Source: Candidatus Rariloculaceae bacterium
Lineage (GTDB): Bacteria > Pseudomonadota > Gammaproteobacteria > Steroidobacterales > Rariloculaceae
Direction: 5' to 3'
Assembly: GCA_965205045.1 (NCBI GenBank)
Contig: OZ242031.1
Location: 62,807 to 126,806, forward strand
Length of the DNA stretch: 64,000 nucleotides
In this document: positions 59,626 to 64,000 of the stretch, in pieces
Layout: each line of letters begins with the position of its first letter
How positions within the stretch are numbered: position 1 is the first letter of the stretch
Notes under the pieces: model-generated
The model's input: only the letters and a program-made list of their open reading frames with translations
Database searches by the model: none
Told to the model about the DNA's origin: nothing
Translations under genes and position numbers: made by a program

Positions 59626-61407
59626 ATGCGCATAAACAACAAACTATTCGTGCTGGTTTCAGTCACGACACTATTCGCCGCCGGCGCGGCGCCCGGGATG
59701 GGGCAGGAAGCTCTCGACCCGGGATTCGAGGCGCTGGTCGACCGCTACCTGGAGGAAGTGCTCGGGGTCGGCTCGGACCCGCAACCGGACACGATGAGCG
59801 CGGAGAGTTTCGCGAACCGCGTGCAGGTTTCCCGCGAGCTGCTGGAGGAACTCGAGGCGATCAACCGCGACAGTCTCGCCTTCGTGCAGGACATCGACTG
59901 GCGCTTCCTCAAGAGCCGGCTCGAGGCGAGGATCATCGAGAGCGAGCGCGTGCAACGCTGGCGCCAGGATCCCAAGCTCTACCTCAACAACAGCGACGTC
60001 GCCTACAAGCTCCTCGCCGACCCGAGGCCCGTGAACACGCGCGCGGCCGAACTGGTCGACGACCTCGAATTGCTGCAGGTGCGGCTCGTCAATGCCGAGA
60101 CCAACCTCGATCAGTACATCGCACGGTGGGTGGAATTGGGCAACGATTTCATCGACGGCTTCGCGCTCGTACTGGAGAACGAACTGCCCCCGTTCGCCGA
60201 GCGGCTGGCGGATGGCGCGCTGCGCGAGCGGCTGCTCGCCGCCGGAAAGGACGGCATCGCCGCGCTCGCGGAGTATCGCCGGTTCACCAACGAGGACTTC
60301 CCGCAGCGGGAACAGGGCGACTACGCCATCGGCGAGGATGTCTTCAACGAGCTGATGGAGAAGAAGTACCTGTTGCCCGAGAACGAGATGCACCTGCGCC
60401 GGATCGCGCGCGGCGCCCCGGGATTCACCCGAATTCCGAATTATCACGACTGGGGCTGGAAGCAGTTCGACATCGTCATGAGCCACCTGGAGGTCAAGGC
60501 GGAAAGGATCGATCCGGAGCGCACCTGGCTCGAAATCATCCATGACGAGAAGGAGGACCACTTCTTCGCCGAACAACTCGTCTACAAGCACCTGGAGGCG
60601 ACCCGGGCGTCGCGGGACTGGGTCATCGACAACGACCTGGTCACCATTCCCTGGGACAACGACGACGCCATCATGGAAGCGGCCGATCCCAGCCTCTGGG
60701 CATCGCAATGGTGGGGTTGGGGCCCGGGCGTGCCCGTCGCCTCCGACTCCCGGAAATCGGCCTGGACCATCATTCCGGTCAACCCGGACTGGCCCGACGA
60801 CATCGCCGAGGGCAACCTCCGCGAGAAGGACGCTTCGTTCATGTACGTGATCGCGACCCACGAGGTGTACCCCGGGCATCACCTGCAGCGTCTCTACCAG
60901 AACACCCTCGACCGTCCGTTGCGGGTCTACGAGAGCAGCTACTCGAACCAGGCCTGGTGTTACTACATCGAGTGGGAACTGACTCCGGACCCGAAATACG
61001 GCTGGTTCCCCGAGGACAAGCAGGACGTCTACGAGCTGGAATACCTGCGCGCCAAACTCTGGCGCATGGGCCGGGTGATCATCGACTCCGGCCTGCACAC
61101 CGGCCGCATGACTTACGATGAGGCGCTGGATCTGGAGATCAACACCATCGGCTTCGTCCCCCGTGGCGCCCAGATCAATATCGACGGCATCGTTTCCCGG
61201 GTCGGCACCACCATGTCCGCACCGACGGTCGGTTACTTCCAGTGGATGCTGCTGCGCGAAGACTACTTCCAGAAGATGCGCGAACTCGACCAGATTGGAA
61301 CGCTGAAGGATTTCCACGACCGGGTCTACAAGATCGGTTTCCTGCCGATCGTGCTGGTCCGCGAGGAAATGTTCCACGATCTCGAGCAGGAGTTCGGCAC
61401 GAGCTAG
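59626..61407 (+). CDS. DUF885-family protein, paralog P4 (exported; canonical core motif)
   Basis: 593 aa with an AGAGGGAAAG SD. The signal peptide is MRINNKLFVLVSVTTLFAAGAAPG. The core motif ATHEVYPGHHLQ is the canonical HE..PGHH.Q form. Confidence 0.85.
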   Translation: MRINNKLFVLVSVTTLFAAGAAPGMGQEALDPGFEALVDRYLEEVLGVGSDPQPDTMSAESFANRVQVSRELLEELEAINRDSLAFVQDIDWRFLKSRLEARIIESERVQRWRQDPKLYLNNSDVAYKLLADPRPVNTRAAELVDDLELLQVRLVNAETNLDQYIARWVELGNDFIDGFALVLENELPPFAERLADGALRERLLAAGKDGIAALAEYRRFTNEDFPQREQGDYAIGEDVFNELMEKKYLLPENEMHLRRIARGAPGFTRIPNYHDWGWKQFDIVMSHLEVKAERIDPERTWLEIIHDEKEDHFFAEQLVYKHLEATRASRDWVIDNDLVTIPWDNDDAIMEAADPSLWASQWWGWGPGVPVASDSRKSAWTIIPVNPDWPDDIAEGNLREKDASFMYVIATHEVYPGHHLQRLYQNTLDRPLRVYESSYSNQAWCYYIEWELTPDPKYGWFPEDKQDVYELEYLRAKLWRMGRVIIDSGLHTGRMTYDEALDLEINTIGFVPRGAQINIDGIVSRVGTTMSAPTVGYFQWMLLREDYFQKMRELDQIGTLKDFHDRVYKIGFLPIVLVREEMFHDLEQEFGTS

Positions 61408-61527
61408 CGCCGGATCAAACCGAAAGATACGGATCAGCGCGTTCACAAGCGCCCAGATGCGCAATTGTCAGGTTAAGGGAGCACCGGGAGGCTGCGCCTT
61501 GGAAACTCACGGCTGCAGGTTTGTTCC

Positions 61528-63678
61528 GTGGGCATCCCGGGAGGCGTTCGGTTGGTGACGCCGTCTCCCCGCCGCCTTTTGCCGTTGCTGGCGACCCTGT
61601 CGGCGGCCGTGCCGGCGCTGGCGCAGGAAGAGGACGGACGGCCGCTGCGCGACGGTCCCGCGCCACCGACGATCCTCGTGACCGCGCCGATGCTGGAGCG
61701 CGGCGAGGCGATTTACGAGTCTTTCTGCATTGAATGCCATGACCGCGACGGCGCCGCCATTGCGGTGCCCGGGCAGGGCCCCGAGATGACGCCGCCCGAC
61801 CTGCGGGACCCGGCATTCATGGCGCTGCGTTCGGACATGGATTTCGCCAACATCATCCAGCACGGCGGCTTCTCGATGCCGGCGTACGCGCAGATTCGGG
61901 GCGACGACCTCGTCGCCCTGGTCGCCTGGACCCGCAGCCTGAGCTGGCCCGACATCGAGCGCGTCGATCTGCAGCTCCTGGCACAGGGCACGGTCGAGGA
62001 TTTCACGCCGGTCACCATGGCCATGCTCGAAGACCCGCCCGACGGCGACTGGCTGATGTTCCGCCGCACCTACGACGGCTGGGCCCACAGTCCGCTGGAC
62101 CAGGTGAACCGCGACAACGTGGGCGAACTGCGCCTGGCCTGGTCCCGCGCGGGGGAACCGGGCGGCCAGTACACGACGCCGCTGGTCGTTGCGGGCACCC
62201 TGTACGTGCAGTACCCGGGCGACGTCATCCAGGCGCTCGATGCGACCGACGGCCGCCTGATCTGGGAATACCGGCGCCAGCGCGAGGACGAGAGCCGTTC
62301 GCGCAACCGCCGCAACCTGGCGATTTACGGGCACCGCCTGTTTCACCTGACGGACGACCGCCATCTCATTGCACTCGATGCGCGCACCGGCGCACTCCTC
62401 TGGGAAATCGAGGAACCGGCCGTCGATGCCGGAATCGGGCACATGGGCGGCCCGATGGTGGCTGCCGGCATCGTCGTCAGCGGCCGTTCCTGTTCGGCGC
62501 GCGGCGGCCCCGAAAGCTGTTACCTGGCGGGGCACGACCCGGAAACCGGCCGCGAGCTGTGGCGTCGGCGGACCATCCCGAGACCCGGCGAACCGGGAGA
62601 CGAAAGCTGGGACGACCTGCCCGACGAGTTGCGCTGGCATGTAGGAAGCTGGGGCAACGTACCGAGCTACGATCCGGAACTCGGGCTCCTGTACTGGGGC
62701 ACCTCGGTGCCGCAACCGGCGCTGGAGCGGCTGCGCGGCACCGCCGGGCACGATGTATTGTATTCCAACAGCACCCTGGCGACGGATCCTGCCACCGGCG
62801 ACGCGGTCTGGTACTACCAGCACCTGCCGCGCGACAACTGGGACCTGGACCATGTCTTCGAACGCTACCTGGTCGACGTGGCCGTGACGCCGGACCCCGC
62901 CGAAGTGCCGTGGATCAATCCCCGACTCACGCCCGGCGAGCTCCGGCGCGTGGTCACGGGTATTCCCGGCAAGACGGGTATCGTCTATACGCTCGACCGG
63001 GAAACCGGCGAATTTCTCTGGGCCCGGGAAACGCTGCACCAGAACGTCATCGCCTCCATCGAGGGCAGCGGCGAGGTGCACGTCGAGGAAGACCTGGTCG
63101 TCGGCCCGTTCGAGGAGATCCTGGTCTGTCCGTCGCTCGGCGGCGGGAAAAACTGGCCGGCGGGCTCGTACAGCCCGCGCACCGGCCTGATGTACCAGCC
63201 GCAACAGAACCTGTGCCACCTGCAGACCGGCTACACCGATGCGCCCACGGCCGAGGACGGCTATGCGATCAGCTGGCTGATCGTCGAGGACCCGGCGGTA
63301 ACCGGCGACCCGTACCCGGTCGGGCGCATCGATGCCGTCGACATCTCCACCGGCCGCCAGGCCTGGCGGCACGAGCAGCGTGCCGCGGTGCTCGGCACGG
63401 CCGTATCGACGGCCGGTGGCCTGCTGTTCACCGGGGACATCGATCGGCGCTTCATGGCGCTCGACGACAGCACGGGCGAAGTGCTTTGGCAGACGATCGT
63501 CAGCGCGCCGGTCACGGGCAGCGCCGTGTCCTACGCGGTGGACGGGCGCCAGTACATCGCGGTCGCCGTCGGCGGCGGCACGGCATCGCCCGAACGCCGC
63601 GCCCTGTCCATCCACACCGAACTGAATCCGCCGCGCGACAGCCCGGCGCTGTTCGTCTTCGCGTTGCCGGCCCGTTAG
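61528..63678 (+). CDS. PQQ-dependent dehydrogenase (8-bladed propeller) with an N-terminal mono-haem cytochrome c domain
   Basis: The signal peptide is LLPLLATLSAAVPALAQ. The haem motif is CIECH, with distal GGFSMPAY. There are then seven clear W-motif blades (ALDATDGRLIWEY, ALDARTGALLWEI, GHDPETGRELWRR, ATDPATGDAVWYY, LDRETGEFLWAR, AVDISTGRQAWRH, ALDDSTGEVLWQT). The GTG start at 61528 is uncertain. Confidence 0.85.
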   Translation: MGIPGGVRLVTPSPRRLLPLLATLSAAVPALAQEEDGRPLRDGPAPPTILVTAPMLERGEAIYESFCIECHDRDGAAIAVPGQGPEMTPPDLRDPAFMALRSDMDFANIIQHGGFSMPAYAQIRGDDLVALVAWTRSLSWPDIERVDLQLLAQGTVEDFTPVTMAMLEDPPDGDWLMFRRTYDGWAHSPLDQVNRDNVGELRLAWSRAGEPGGQYTTPLVVAGTLYVQYPGDVIQALDATDGRLIWEYRRQREDESRSRNRRNLAIYGHRLFHLTDDRHLIALDARTGALLWEIEEPAVDAGIGHMGGPMVAAGIVVSGRSCSARGGPESCYLAGHDPETGRELWRRRTIPRPGEPGDESWDDLPDELRWHVGSWGNVPSYDPELGLLYWGTSVPQPALERLRGTAGHDVLYSNSTLATDPATGDAVWYYQHLPRDNWDLDHVFERYLVDVAVTPDPAEVPWINPRLTPGELRRVVTGIPGKTGIVYTLDRETGEFLWARETLHQNVIASIEGSGEVHVEEDLVVGPFEEILVCPSLGGGKNWPAGSYSPRTGLMYQPQQNLCHLQTGYTDAPTAEDGYAISWLIVEDPAVTGDPYPVGRIDAVDISTGRQAWRHEQRAAVLGTAVSTAGGLLFTGDIDRRFMALDDSTGEVLWQTIVSAPVTGSAVSYAVDGRQYIAVAVGGGTASPERRALSIHTELNPPRDSPALFVFALPAR

Positions 63679-63819
63679 GTGCTCTCGAGCGACGCTCTTG
63701 CCACAGTCCCCGGGAAGCGGAACCGGGATTGATTCGTTCCCGCGGTCATGGCCTTGATGGCCGCCAACCTGGTGACGTAGTCTCGAACCGGAGGGGCGTT
63801 TCCATGGCACGTTTCGGCA

Positions 63820-64000
63820 ATGGCGCATTCGGCTAAGCCTGCGTCCAACTGGGGTTGGCGGCGTTACTGGCGTGAGAACCGCCTGGCAGCGTGCGTACCC
63901 GAAAACCCGGACTCCGCCGCCGCCATCGAAACGCACTGGAGCGGGTTCTTTGCGCAGTTACCCGCGGGTCACCGCGTGCTGGATGTCGCTACCGGCAACG
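63820..64000 (+). CDS. Class I SAM-dependent methyltransferase, N-terminal fragment (runs off the window)
   Basis: ATG 63820 opens a frame that stays open to the window end: MAHSAKPASNWGWRRYWRENRLAACVPENPDSAAAIETHWSGFFAQLPAGHRVLDVATGN. The final VLDVATGN is the start of SAM-binding motif I. It is not in the ORF track because no stop is reached. Confidence 0.5.
   Translation, partial: MAHSAKPASNWGWRRYWRENRLAACVPENPDSAAAIETHWSGFFAQLPAGHRVLDVATGN

Noticed and set aside
59671-63936. Long minus-strand ORFs (597 aa at 59671..61464; 809 aa at 61507..63936)
   Set aside because: They are antisense to the DUF885-P4 and PQQ-cytochrome genes, which have SDs, signal peptides and family motifs. The antisense translations are low-complexity.
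1-64000. CRISPR arrays, tRNA/rRNA genes, tandem repeats and prophage structural genes
   Set aside because: Reading through the window, I saw no regularly spaced direct repeats, no cloverleaf-like or rRNA-like conserved segments, and no phage structural or integrase ORFs. This was not a computational scan, so short or degenerate elements could have been missed.

Overview
High-GC (about 63-67% by eye) proteobacterial-type chromosomal segment. I saw no rRNA, tRNA or CRISPR array. All family calls come from reading the translated ORFs and the raw sequence; no searches were run.

Layout:
1. 1-16.3 kb: partial GltS-like permease, LysR regulator, FAD oxidoreductase, an exported FN3/discoidin/GATase1-fold protein, MmgE/PrpD, a TonB-dependent receptor, a TPR-sulfotransferase and a soxBDAG-type heterotetrameric oxidase operon.
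2. 16.6-18.9 kb: DUF5916/CBM9-like envelope protein.
3. 19.0-21.8 kb: lower-GC toxin-antitoxin islet (Xre-RES pair, orphan Phd/YefM, ParD-ParE plus an extra HigA2/NadS-like HTH gene).
4. 21.9-24.3 kb: TauD-like dioxygenase, then a gene-decay zone.
5. 24.4-34.6 kb: two DUF885 + PQQ sugar-dehydrogenase pairs, with SDR, NTF2-like, deacetylase and transaminase genes.
6. 33.2-44.1 kb: an 11-gene plus-strand operon (sGDH, DAO-type flavoenzyme, CUT1-type ABC importer, DHDPS-like lyase, DAP-decarboxylase-like PLP enzyme, two SDRs).
7. 44.2-49.4 kb: IS graveyard (two diverged IS1380-family copies, an IS1595 remnant, an IS110 pseudogene) enclosing about 1.1 kb of low-GC cargo.
8. 49.5-59.1 kb: minus-strand operon of TonB receptor, DUF885, exported M24 aminopeptidase, NTF2 remnant, fused HcnA/HcnB-like flavoprotein and an AKR::RidA fusion.
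9. 59.6-64.0 kb: fourth DUF885, a PQQ dehydrogenase with an N-terminal cytochrome c domain, and a partial methyltransferase.

Most interesting signals:
- Recurrent linkage of four exported DUF885 paralogs to PQQ enzymes or TonB receptors; two paralogs lack the canonical HE..PGHH.Q motif.
- The tightly packed TonB/DUF885/aminopeptidase/flavoprotein/AKR-RidA operon.
- The exported discoidin-GATase1 fusion.
- The ParD-ParE-HTH triple inside the TA islet.
- The IS-bounded low-GC cargo encoding a 2-TM acidic PPC-like protein.
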